From an uncultured Alphaproteobacteria bacterium (GTDB lineage: Bacteria; Pseudomonadota; Alphaproteobacteria; RF32; CAG-239): DNA of 64,000 nucleotides. Below are positions 56,176-64,000 of the stretch, piece after piece. The translations under genes and the position numbers were made by a program. The stretch spans positions 29,275 to 93,274 of the forward strand of contig CALXTE010000004.1 in the NCBI GenBank assembly GCA_944391345.1, in the 5' to 3' direction. How positions within the stretch are numbered: position 1 is the stretch's first letter; each line of letters begins with the position of its first letter. A model generated the notes under the pieces. The model saw nothing but the letters and a program-made list of their open reading frames with translations. It was not told the DNA's origin and ran no database searches.

Positions 56176-56960
56176 GCGGAAAGGTAATTATTCTTGGGGC
56201 AGGGGCTGCGCCCGGAGTGCCGTCTTTGTGTCTTGGCTGGGGACATTGTAATCCTGATAATCCTAAAAACTTTAGGCTGAGGACATCAACTTATGTTGAA
56301 ATTGATGGTGTGCGGATTTTAATAGATACTTGTCCTAATATCAGAGAACAGCTTATTGCTAATAATATCAGAGCTTTAGATGCGGTTTTGTATACGCATG
56401 CGCATGCTGACCATGTGCATGGAATTGACGATATGCGCGAGATAAATCGAATTTCGGGGACGAGTTTGAATATCTATGGCGGCGCAAAGACCATCTCTTA
56501 TATTAAGCATAATTTCAGTTATTTGATTTCAAAACCTAATCAGGTTAAAAATGTGGTGCAAAAGCCGAGTTTGATTCCCAATAAGATTAAGGGAAATCAT
56601 GCATTTTATATCAAAGGAGTTAAAATTACGCCGATTAAGCTTTTGCAACATTGTTCCGAGTGTTTGGGATATGTGTTTAATGACGGAGAATACGTTCATA
56701 TTGCAGACTTTAAGTGGTTGGCCGATAGTGCATATAAGATGATAAAACGGCGGCCGAAGCTTTTGGTTTTGCCTTTGACAACGCCAATGGGGCAAATTCA
56801 ACATGCGGGGCTTGATGAAGTGCGCAACTGTATCGCAAAAATCAGACCGGAAAAAGCCGTGATTAATCATATGGCATCAGAATGTGATTATGACGAGATT
56901 AATGAGGCAACGGCGGATAATGTTGAGCCGGCATATGATGGTATGAAAATAGAGTTTTAA
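56172..56960 (+). CDS. MBL-fold metallo-hydrolase (PhnP-like)
   Basis: YTHAHADHVHGIDD (HxHxDH). 4-nt overlap with tatD. Confidence 0.85.
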   Translation: MSGKVIILGAGAAPGVPSLCLGWGHCNPDNPKNFRLRTSTYVEIDGVRILIDTCPNIREQLIANNIRALDAVLYTHAHADHVHGIDDMREINRISGTSLNIYGGAKTISYIKHNFSYLISKPNQVKNVVQKPSLIPNKIKGNHAFYIKGVKITPIKLLQHCSECLGYVFNDGEYVHIADFKWLADSAYKMIKRRPKLLVLPLTTPMGQIQHAGLDEVRNCIAKIRPEKAVINHMASECDYDEINEATADNVEPAYDGMKIEF

Positions 56961-56984
56961 TAATTTATGTTTATGAGGTGAGAA

Positions 56985-57854
56985 ATGCTTTGTATTTATC
57001 ATGTGGCTGACCATGACGGAAAAGGATCAGCGGCAATCGTTAAAAGAATTTATCCGGCGGCAGAGCTCTTTGGGTTGAATCATGACATGGAAATTCCTTA
57101 TGATTTGATTGATAAACATGATAAAATCGTGGTATGTGATATTTCTCTGCCGGTAAAGTTTATGTTTGAGCTGAGTGAAAAAAAGGATTTTACTTGGATT
57201 GATCATCATATTTCGGTGATTAACGAATATGAAGAAATGTTGGCAAACGGCGAGTATGAGCCGATTAAAGGATTGCGGCGCTCGGGGACAGCAGCGATTG
57301 TGCTGACTTGGGAATATTTTCATCCGAATGAGCCTTTGCCGGAAGGGGTGAAGCTTTTGGGTATGAATGATATTTATGATTTGAGCGATCCAAGAGTTAT
57401 GCCGTTTGAATTTGCTTGCCAGTCTTTGGGGGTTAATCGTCCTGATGAACCGGTTTGGGATGACATTTTTAACGGAACACTTAATATTGAAGAAACCGTG
57501 GCAAAAGGTGAGGCTATTCTCTCTTGGATAAAAATCAGAGATTATCGTCTTGTTCGCGGTATGTCTTTTACCAGTCATTATAAAGGGTTGAAGTGTATTT
57601 GTGCCAATATGCCGCAAGGAAAGTCCGCCTTTTTTGATTCTTTGCCGCATATTAACACCTTTGACTTTATGGTTAACTTCTTTATGAACAAAAAGAACTG
57701 TTGGAATTTGTCTTTTTATACGGCAAAAGATAATGTTGATGTTTCTAAAATTGCGGCGGAATTTGGTGGCGGCGGACATCAAAAAGCAGCCGGAGCTTCA
57801 GCCTTGAAAGAGCTTCCTGACTTTTTGAAAAACGGTCAGTATAAAGATAAATAA
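56985..57854 (+). CDS. DHH/DHHA1-family phosphoesterase
   Basis: HVADHDGKGS (DHH-type N motif), DHH at WIDHHIS, and the C-terminal FGGGGHQKAAGA DHHA1 motif. Confidence 0.8.
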   Translation: MLCIYHVADHDGKGSAAIVKRIYPAAELFGLNHDMEIPYDLIDKHDKIVVCDISLPVKFMFELSEKKDFTWIDHHISVINEYEEMLANGEYEPIKGLRRSGTAAIVLTWEYFHPNEPLPEGVKLLGMNDIYDLSDPRVMPFEFACQSLGVNRPDEPVWDDIFNGTLNIEETVAKGEAILSWIKIRDYRLVRGMSFTSHYKGLKCICANMPQGKSAFFDSLPHINTFDFMVNFFMNKKNCWNLSFYTAKDNVDVSKIAAEFGGGGHQKAAGASALKELPDFLKNGQYKDK

Positions 57855-57863
57855 AAAAATGAT

Positions 57864-57891
57864 AAAGCGGAGCAGGGCGCTCCGCTTTTTC
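57864..57891 (+). terminator. Rho-independent terminator
   Basis: AGCGGAGC-AGGGC-GCTCCGCT followed by TTTT. Confidence 0.8.
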
Positions 57892-57979
57892 TTATCAGTT
57901 AAATTAGAGGAATGATGATATTTTTTTCTTGTTTATTATCTTAAAAATTATAAACTATATCTAGTTTTGTTTAAGGAAA

Positions 57980-58819
57980 ATGCAGATGAATTTGTTGAAA
58001 AAGTTTTCTAAGAAAAAAAATAATAAAAGCGCGCTTGTTAAAGCCGGTTTGAAAAAGCTTATGCATTGGATTTGCTATCCTTTTAAATTATGGTGGGTTT
58101 GGTTGCTTATTCTGATTATTGGCTTTTTGGCACCGACGTTTAACGGGGTTAAGCCGGCAGAGGTTCATCTGTGGTATTGGGGGAAGGTAAAATCTGCGGC
58201 TTCGGCTGTTTCTTCTTCTATTTCTGAAAAAACAGATTCTCTGATTAAAAAGGTTGATATTTCTAATCCATTTTCTTCGGGAAAAGAAGACGTTAAGTTG
58301 CAAATGCCTGAACAAGCAGTTGTGCCGAGCCGCAAAGCTTTTGCAAAAGCCGATTCTGTTCCTCAGGCTGTTGATATTATGAAACGTGAGGAAAATGTTC
58401 CGCAGGGTGTTGTGCCCGTATTATCCGGAACGGTAGAAGCGGGGGCTATGCCTGCGCCGTCTGTTTCCACTGACAGTGCATTAAACTCAGTTGGCGGATA
58501 TCGTCGCGATGTGCCTTCGTTGGTTTATTTGGAAAATCCACGCGATATTTCCGGTATGTCTTTTGTTTATCACGCTAATGCAATTGATGTAAACGGGGTG
58601 TATGTGATGCTCTTTGGCGTATATGCCGATCCTCAAACGGAAAAAGGGGTTAATGCCGCGTTGTTTTTGGAAAAACTTATTGAAAACAAAAATGTTAGTT
58701 GCAAAATTGTGGCCTTTACCAAGCAAAATGTTCCGACCGGAATTTGTTTTATTGATAATATGAATATAAATAAGCTTCTTGTTCTTAAAGGACTTTCTGA
58801 AAACGTTGCGCTGTATTAG
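57980..58819 (+). CDS. Membrane-anchored hypothetical protein; the C-terminus is faintly SNase/OB-like without catalytic motifs
   Basis: One TM helix (WWVWLLILIIGFLAP). The C-terminal pattern ...CKIVAFTKQNVPTGICFIDNMNINKLLVLKGLS resembles the end of thermonuclease-fold proteins. Weak. Confidence 0.5.
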   Translation: MQMNLLKKFSKKKNNKSALVKAGLKKLMHWICYPFKLWWVWLLILIIGFLAPTFNGVKPAEVHLWYWGKVKSAASAVSSSISEKTDSLIKKVDISNPFSSGKEDVKLQMPEQAVVPSRKAFAKADSVPQAVDIMKREENVPQGVVPVLSGTVEAGAMPAPSVSTDSALNSVGGYRRDVPSLVYLENPRDISGMSFVYHANAIDVNGVYVMLFGVYADPQTEKGVNAALFLEKLIENKNVSCKIVAFTKQNVPTGICFIDNMNINKLLVLKGLSENVALY

Positions 58820-58849
58820 TGCAATATATTTTCTGAGGAGGAAATTTTT

Positions 58850-60295
58850 ATGTGGCAGCCCGTGTTAATGATTAATGGTTTTCTTATCAGCATTATCGGT
58901 TTGACCATGCTTATTCCGGCCGCTTATGATTTTTATGCAAAATCAATTTTATGGTCGCCGTTTTTGTCAGCGGCTTTGGTGACGCTGTTTTTCGGCTTGG
59001 CAATGTTGCTGTCGAATCGAATGTCGATTAAACATTTTACATTGCAACAAGGATTTTTGTTGACGGTGTTAAGTTGGTTTTCGGCCAGTTTGTTCGGGGC
59101 TTTGCCTTTTTTATTCTATAACGTTGTGCCTTCTTTTGCCGATGCTTTTTTTGAAACTGTTTCCGGTGTTAGCACGACAGGTGCGACAATATTTGCTGAT
59201 ATTGAAAAATTGCCTCGGTCTATCTTATTATGGCGCTCGATGCTGAATGGGCTCGGCGGTATCGGAATCGTGATTTTTGCCGTTGCCATGCTTCCGTTTT
59301 TGGGAATTGGCGGTATGCAGATTTTTCAAAGAGAAAATTCTGATGTTAATGAAAAATTTATGCCTAAATTCAGTTATATAGCAAAGCGTATTGTGTTAGC
59401 ATATTTTTTGCTTACGGTTATTTGTTTTGCGGCGCTGTATTTGGTCGGAATGGGATTTTTTGATGCGCTTAATCATGCATTAACAACGGTTTCTACCGGC
59501 GGATTGTCAACAAAAAATGCGTCAATCGGCTATTTTAACAGTGTGAGCATAGAACTGGTCATTTCGCTGTTTATGATTCTCGGGGCGCTGCCAATGGGGT
59601 TTTATGTTGTTATCTGGCAGGGAAAAGATTTGAAGTCGTATCAGACATCACAAATTGTGACTTTTTTGAAAGTATTGTGTCTTTATACTTTGGTGTTGGC
59701 TTTTTGTTTGGTGATTCATAAGCAATATGATTTTTGGCAAGCGCTACGTTTTTCCAGCTTTAATGTTATTTCTATTGTTACTTCAACCGGTTTTGTTTCA
59801 ACTGATTATATGAAATGGGGAAGTTGGGTCGGTATTTTCTTTATTATATTTGCCTTAACAGGCGGTTGTACGGGGTCGACATCAGGTTCAATCAAGATTC
59901 TTCGATGGCAAGTGATTTTTTCTTTTATTAAACGTGCATTGCTGTTGTCAACTGAGCCGAATCGTGTTGCTCCGCTTAAAGTGGGTGCGACAGCTATTGA
60001 TGTTTCAATCGTGTCTTCGGTTTTTGTTTTATTTGGGGCTTTTATGCTCAGCATCGCTGTTTTATCTTCAGTGATGGCTTTTGCCGGATATGATTTTGAA
60101 ATCGCTTTTAGTTCTGTTGTGGCTTGTATTACAAACTCGGGCCCAGGAATTGGGGCAATTATCGGACCAGCCGGAAATTATTCTTCTCTTTCTGATTTTG
60201 CAAAATATGTTTTAGCTTTTACGATGTTGCTCGGGCGTTTGGAAATTATTACCGTTATAGCGCTGTTTACGCGCTCATTCTGGTTTAAGAATTAA
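58850..60295 (+). CDS. trkH: TrkH-family potassium uptake protein
   Basis: 481 aa polytopic protein. Repeated selectivity-filter-like motifs VSGVSTTGAT, TVSTGGLS, IVTSTGF, TNSGPG. Confidence 0.9.
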   Translation: MWQPVLMINGFLISIIGLTMLIPAAYDFYAKSILWSPFLSAALVTLFFGLAMLLSNRMSIKHFTLQQGFLLTVLSWFSASLFGALPFLFYNVVPSFADAFFETVSGVSTTGATIFADIEKLPRSILLWRSMLNGLGGIGIVIFAVAMLPFLGIGGMQIFQRENSDVNEKFMPKFSYIAKRIVLAYFLLTVICFAALYLVGMGFFDALNHALTTVSTGGLSTKNASIGYFNSVSIELVISLFMILGALPMGFYVVIWQGKDLKSYQTSQIVTFLKVLCLYTLVLAFCLVIHKQYDFWQALRFSSFNVISIVTSTGFVSTDYMKWGSWVGIFFIIFALTGGCTGSTSGSIKILRWQVIFSFIKRALLLSTEPNRVAPLKVGATAIDVSIVSSVFVLFGAFMLSIAVLSSVMAFAGYDFEIAFSSVVACITNSGPGIGAIIGPAGNYSSLSDFAKYVLAFTMLLGRLEIITVIALFTRSFWFKN

Positions 60296-60296
60296 C

Positions 60297-60337
60297 AAAA
60301 AAAATCCTCGTTAAAATAACGAGGATTTTATTTTTTT
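60297..60337. terminator. Bidirectional terminator between trkH and recA
   Basis: AAAAATCCTCGTT-loop-AACGAGGATTTT followed by a T-run. Confidence 0.85.
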
Positions 60338-60347
60338 GCAGAAGAAG

Positions 60348-61370
60348 TTATTCTTCAATCGGCTCATTGTCACCAATCATTTCGGTGGTTAGGTGACCAG
60401 CATCTGCGCGAATCTTCTTTTCAATCTCATCAGCAATATCCGGATGCTCTTTCAAAAAGATTTTGGCATTTTCACGGCCTTGACCGATTTTATCTCCTTT
60501 ATAAGAGAACCAAGCGCCGGCTTTTTCAATGATTCCGGCCTTGACGCCCAGGTCAATCAATTCTCCGGTTTTGGAGATACCTTCGCCATACATGATGTCA
60601 AAGTCAACAACCTTAAACGGAGGAGCAACTTTGTTTTTGACAATTTTAACGCGGGTTTGACTGCCGATAACATCATCTTTGTCTTTAATAGAGCCGGTGC
60701 GACGAATGTCAATTCGAACCGATGCATAGAACTTTAAGGCATTACCGCCGGTTGTGGTTTCAGGGTTGCCAAACATAACACCAATCTTCATACGGATTTG
60801 GTTGATGAAGATAATCAGTGTGTTTGAACGAGAAACGGTTGAGGTTAGTTTTCTCAAGGCTTGGCTCATTAAGCGAGCTTGCAAGCCCATGTGAGAATCG
60901 CCCATTTCACCTTCCAGTTCTGCCTTTGGAACAAGAGCGGCAACCGAATCGACAACCAAAACATCAATGGCGCCGGAGCGGACCAACGTATCGGCAATTT
61001 CGAGGGCCTGCTCACCGGCATCCGGCTGAGAAATCAGCAAGTTATCAATGTCAACGCCGATTTTTTTGGCGTAAGATGGGTCAAGAGCGTGTTCGGCATC
61101 AATGAATGCGCAGGTGCCGCCTTTCTTTTGTGCCTGAGCAATAACGCTTAAGGCGAGGGTGGTTTTACCTGAGCTTTCAGGGCCGAAGATTTCGATAATT
61201 CTGCCTTTGGGAAGGCCGCCGATACCGAGGGCAATGTCTATGCCGAGCGAACCGGTGGAAATTGCTTCAATATCGATGTTTGACTGTTGGCCCAGTCTCA
61301 TAATCGAGCCTTTGCCAAAGGCCCGTTCAATTTGACTGAGGGCCGCGTCGAGTGCTTTATCTTTTTCCAT
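60348..61370 (-). CDS. recA: Recombinase RecA
   Basis: [36 protein letters not shown]. Confidence 0.97.
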   Translation of the reverse strand: MEKDKALDAALSQIERAFGKGSIMRLGQQSNIDIEAISTGSLGIDIALGIGGLPKGRIIEIFGPESSGKTTLALSVIAQAQKKGGTCAFIDAEHALDPSYAKKIGVDIDNLLISQPDAGEQALEIADTLVRSGAIDVLVVDSVAALVPKAELEGEMGDSHMGLQARLMSQALRKLTSTVSRSNTLIIFINQIRMKIGVMFGNPETTTGGNALKFYASVRIDIRRTGSIKDKDDVIGSQTRVKIVKNKVAPPFKVVDFDIMYGEGISKTGELIDLGVKAGIIEKAGAWFSYKGDKIGQGRENAKIFLKEHPDIADEIEKKIRADAGHLTTEMIGDNEPIEE

Positions 61371-61417
61371 AGTTTCTCTTTCGAATAAAAGTTAGTTTCT
61401 GGAGTTAGTTTAAGTTC

Positions 61418-61435
61418 ATTGCAGAATTCTGCAAT
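61418..61435. promoter_or_regulatory. Perfect 18-bp palindrome upstream of recA (candidate operator)
   Basis: ATTGCAGAATTCTGCAAT lies 48-65 bp upstream of the recA ATG. Two GTTAGTTT direct repeats (61391-98, 61404-11) lie between it and the start codon. Confidence 0.45.
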
Positions 61436-61472
61436 CTGCCTTTAAGACTTATCCTATGAAAATGATAATGTA

Positions 61473-62411
61473 CTATTTATGTTCTTTTTGCAAGAGTTTT
61501 TTTCGGGGATTATTTATTTTATTAAAATCCCGTCTTTCGGGCGAATCACTGACCATGATTCTTTTTAAGGCGCGCTCGTCAAGTTGTTGATAATCTTCTA
61601 AGGCTGCCGTAATGACCGCGCCGAAAATAACCACAGACCAAGCCAGATACATCCAGATTAAAAACAATGGAATGACGGCTAAGGCACCGTAAAGTGTTTG
61701 GTAAGTGGCGCTGTTTAAGACCACAATGCCAAAAATCTTTCTTAAGGCCCAAAAGATGATTAAAGCGACTAATGCTCCGCCGGCCGCATTTCTTATTCTT
61801 ATCTTTTTATTAGGCACAAAGATATAAACAATCATCAGCATAAGCATGGTAATCAGTGCCGGTAAAAGATTGCTGATATAAATATTATTGAATATTTTAT
61901 CATCTTCCGTTAGGGCAAAAAAGTAGCTGCGGATTGAAAAAGCAGCGCCTAAAAGCAACGGGCCTAAAGTAATGACCGTCCAATATAAAGTGATTTTGGT
62001 GGTGATGCGGCGCGGGCGTGAGACTCTGAAAATAAAGTTTAAGCTGTTTTCAATGGTTGATAACATTAGAATCGAGGTGATGACAATACTGACGACTCCG
62101 ATTGCCGTTAATCCGGCCGAAGCTTTTAAAAATTCGGTTAAATAGCCGCTGACTTCTTGTCCTAAGGCCGGTGCCATATTATGAAGCAAAAATTCTTGGA
62201 TTTGCCCTCGGATGCTTTCAAAGGCCGGAAAGGCCGAAAATATTGACAATCCAATGGCAAATAACGGAACCATGGCAATCAAAGTGGTATAGCTCAAAGA
62301 GGCCGAAACTCTGAAAATCGTGTCGTTTTTGGCGCGGCGGGCTAAAAAGTATAAAAAGTTTTGTGCTTGTTTAAGCCCTTGTTTTAGTGATGTTTTTAGA
62401 TACATTCGCAA
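61473..62411 (-). CDS. YihY/BrkB-family inner-membrane protein
   Basis: ASLSYTTLIAMVPL opening and six hydrophobic helices, as in the YihY (formerly RNase BN) family. Confidence 0.8.
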   Translation of the reverse strand: MRMYLKTSLKQGLKQAQNFLYFLARRAKNDTIFRVSASLSYTTLIAMVPLFAIGLSIFSAFPAFESIRGQIQEFLLHNMAPALGQEVSGYLTEFLKASAGLTAIGVVSIVITSILMLSTIENSLNFIFRVSRPRRITTKITLYWTVITLGPLLLGAAFSIRSYFFALTEDDKIFNNIYISNLLPALITMLMLMIVYIFVPNKKIRIRNAAGGALVALIIFWALRKIFGIVVLNSATYQTLYGALAVIPLFLIWMYLAWSVVIFGAVITAALEDYQQLDERALKRIMVSDSPERRDFNKINNPRKKLLQKEHK

Positions 62412-62517
62412 CCCTCAAAAAAAATTGTTTACAAAGCTTATTAAATTATATATATACCTTATAGCAAAGATAAATCTACTGTAAATGTAATTTTTTTATA
62501 ATGCAAAGGAAAATAGT

Positions 62518-63348
62518 ATGACTACAGTCTCTCCTTTAATGGCTGGTAAAAAAGGTCTTATCATGGGCCTTGCTAATGATAAGTCTATTGCTTGGGGTAT
62601 TGCTCAGGCTTTGAATGCGCAAGGTGCGCAAATCGCTTTTTCTTATCAAGGCGATGCTTTGGAAAAAAGAGTTAAGCCTTTGGCTGAACAGCTCGCTTTT
62701 CCGCCGGTTTTGATTAAATGTGATGTTACCGACTCGGCTAGTGTTGAAGCTTGTTTTAAAGAGTTGGGTGAAAAATGGGGCAAGCTTGACTTTGTTGTGC
62801 ATGCCATTGCTTTTTCTGACAAAAATGAACTGAAAGGTCGTACTATCGACACTTCTTTGCAGAACTTTTTGAACACAATGCATATTTCTTGCTATTCATT
62901 CTTGGAAACTTGTCGTTGTGCGGCACCGATTATGTCTGAAGGCGGCGCTATTTTGACCTTGACCTATTTGGGCGGTGAGAGAACTTTGCCGAACTATAAT
63001 ATTATGGGGGTGGCCAAAGCTGCGCTTGACGCTGCCGTTCGCTATGCCGCTGTTGATATGGGTAGGCTTGGTGTTCGCGTTAATGCCGTTTCGGCCGGTC
63101 CGATTAAGACTTTGGCTGCTTCGGGTATTGGTGATTTCCGCAAGATTTTGCGTTGGAATGAGTTGAATGCTCCGTTGAAGCGCAATGTTACTCAAGATGA
63201 AGTCGGAGGTGCCGCTCTGGCTTTGTTGTCACCGCTCGGTGCTGCTATTACCGGTGAAGTTTTGCACGTTGATGCAGGTTATAACTCTATCGCTATGGTA
63301 TCTTTGGATAATGCTCACGAATCCGGTCAAGTTTTGATGGAATTCTAA
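62518..63348 (+). CDS. fabI: Enoyl-ACP reductase FabI
   Basis: GKKGLIMGLANDKSIAWGIA, YNIMGVAKAALDA (YxxMxxxK), NAVSAGPIKTLA. Confidence 0.95.
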   Translation: MTTVSPLMAGKKGLIMGLANDKSIAWGIAQALNAQGAQIAFSYQGDALEKRVKPLAEQLAFPPVLIKCDVTDSASVEACFKELGEKWGKLDFVVHAIAFSDKNELKGRTIDTSLQNFLNTMHISCYSFLETCRCAAPIMSEGGAILTLTYLGGERTLPNYNIMGVAKAALDAAVRYAAVDMGRLGVRVNAVSAGPIKTLAASGIGDFRKILRWNELNAPLKRNVTQDEVGGAALALLSPLGAAITGEVLHVDAGYNSIAMVSLDNAHESGQVLMEF

Positions 63349-63368
63349 GTCTAAAGAGCTTTCTTTTG

Positions 63369-63401
63369 AAAATCGCTGTTTTTCGGAACAGCGATTTTTT
63401 T
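63369..63401 (+). terminator. Rho-independent terminator after fabI
   Basis: AATCGCTGT-loop-ACAGCGATT followed by TTTTTT. Confidence 0.85.
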
Positions 63402-63490
63402 GTGCCATGAAAAAAACTTGACAAAAAGATGATTGGTTTATAAAGTGTGTGCAATTAATTATTATTATTCACTTATAATTTATTGATATT

Positions 63491-64000
63491 ATGGAAAAAG
63501 AACAGAAAAATGTATGTGTGTTGAGCAAAGATGAAGTCAATTTGCTTCTGTTTGATTTGCTCAAAGAAGGAAAGTTCAAGACTTTTCTGCAACGTATTAA
63601 AGAAGGTTATGGCATAACCGCTTTTGTATTAACAGCCATGCTTAATTATGGCTATGGTGACAAAATCGAGAAGGTTCTTTCTTTAAGCAAATGTTGGACG
63701 AGTGATGTGTTTGATTTCTTAGTGCAATTTTGGAATGACCGAGAAAAGGCCGAAGACTTTTGGATTCAGCATGCAGATAAAGATGCTGTTAATGAAAAAA
63801 TAAGCGACGAAGGTCTTGTAAGGTATCAGCGTTGGGACGACTTGTTGGCTCAAAAGAAATATGAGCTTCTTGCAGAACATGCACCTTTGGAGTTTTTGGA
63901 AAAGTTAGATTTTTGGGAAAAGTTAGAGGCATCGTCAATATCTGAGAGAAAGAGCTTCTTCTCTGCCTTGGTTAAGCAAAAGCGGTTTGAAGATGTGCTT
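63491..64000 (+). CDS. Orphan protein, 5' partial (open to the window end); not in the ORF track
   Basis: ATG 63491 followed by 170 sense codons with no stop. Promoter TTGACA-N17-TAAAGT at 63418-63446. No Shine-Dalgarno. Confidence 0.6.
   Translation, partial: MEKEQKNVCVLSKDEVNLLLFDLLKEGKFKTFLQRIKEGYGITAFVLTAMLNYGYGDKIEKVLSLSKCWTSDVFDFLVQFWNDREKAEDFWIQHADKDAVNEKISDEGLVRYQRWDDLLAQKKYELLAEHAPLEFLEKLDFWEKLEASSISERKSFFSALVKQKRFEDVL

Noticed and set aside
61404-61417. Alphaproteobacterial LexA box (GTTC-N7-GTTC) upstream of recA.
   Set aside because: Only GTTA-N6-GTTC is present, with the wrong spacing and one mismatch. It is reported as context for the palindrome, not as a LexA site.

Overview
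The window looks like chromosomal DNA from a low-GC alphaproteobacterium. The evidence is a CcrM-type GANTC methyltransferase with near full-length similarity to Caulobacter CcrM, the lspA-DUF3035-M16-M16 gene order, ppx-rlmE linkage, and flgB-flgC-fliE. This taxon call is inference only.

Most of the window is core housekeeping: tatAC, macAB plus an outer-membrane factor, rnhB, ccrM, rlmE, rsmB, mgtE, lspA, pgi, mutL, cspA, tmk, holB, tatD, trkH, recA, fabI and cell-wall enzymes. There are two tRNA genes, Leu-GAG and Ser-TGA. I found no rRNA genes and no CRISPR array.

The accessory content is:
1. A 6.7-kb AT-rich integrative island (40868-47561) inserted into tRNA-Ser. It is bounded by an 18-bp direct repeat. 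It carries a long tyrosine integrase, two serine recombinases (one frameshifted in an A8 tract), a res-like site, a tightly coupled operon of four tiny orphan ORFs, and a GC-richer hairpin-dense segment with no convincing ORF.
2. An operon for a Tat-signal aldo/keto reductase with an Fe-S domain, an exported flavodoxin-like protein and a membrane polyferredoxin, co-transcribed with tatA-tatC. Its promoter has a 19-nt spacer (MerR-type architecture). The first 15 nt of that promoter recur upstream of an exported hydrolase-cupin pair.
3. An AT-rich surface-glycan cluster on the minus strand (12951-18559).
4. Several monocistronic orphan genes that each have their own promoter and terminator and lack a Shine-Dalgarno sequence. 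These include a divergent paralog pair at 27818-29810.

All functional calls come from reading motifs in the translated ORFs and the DNA. No database search was run.
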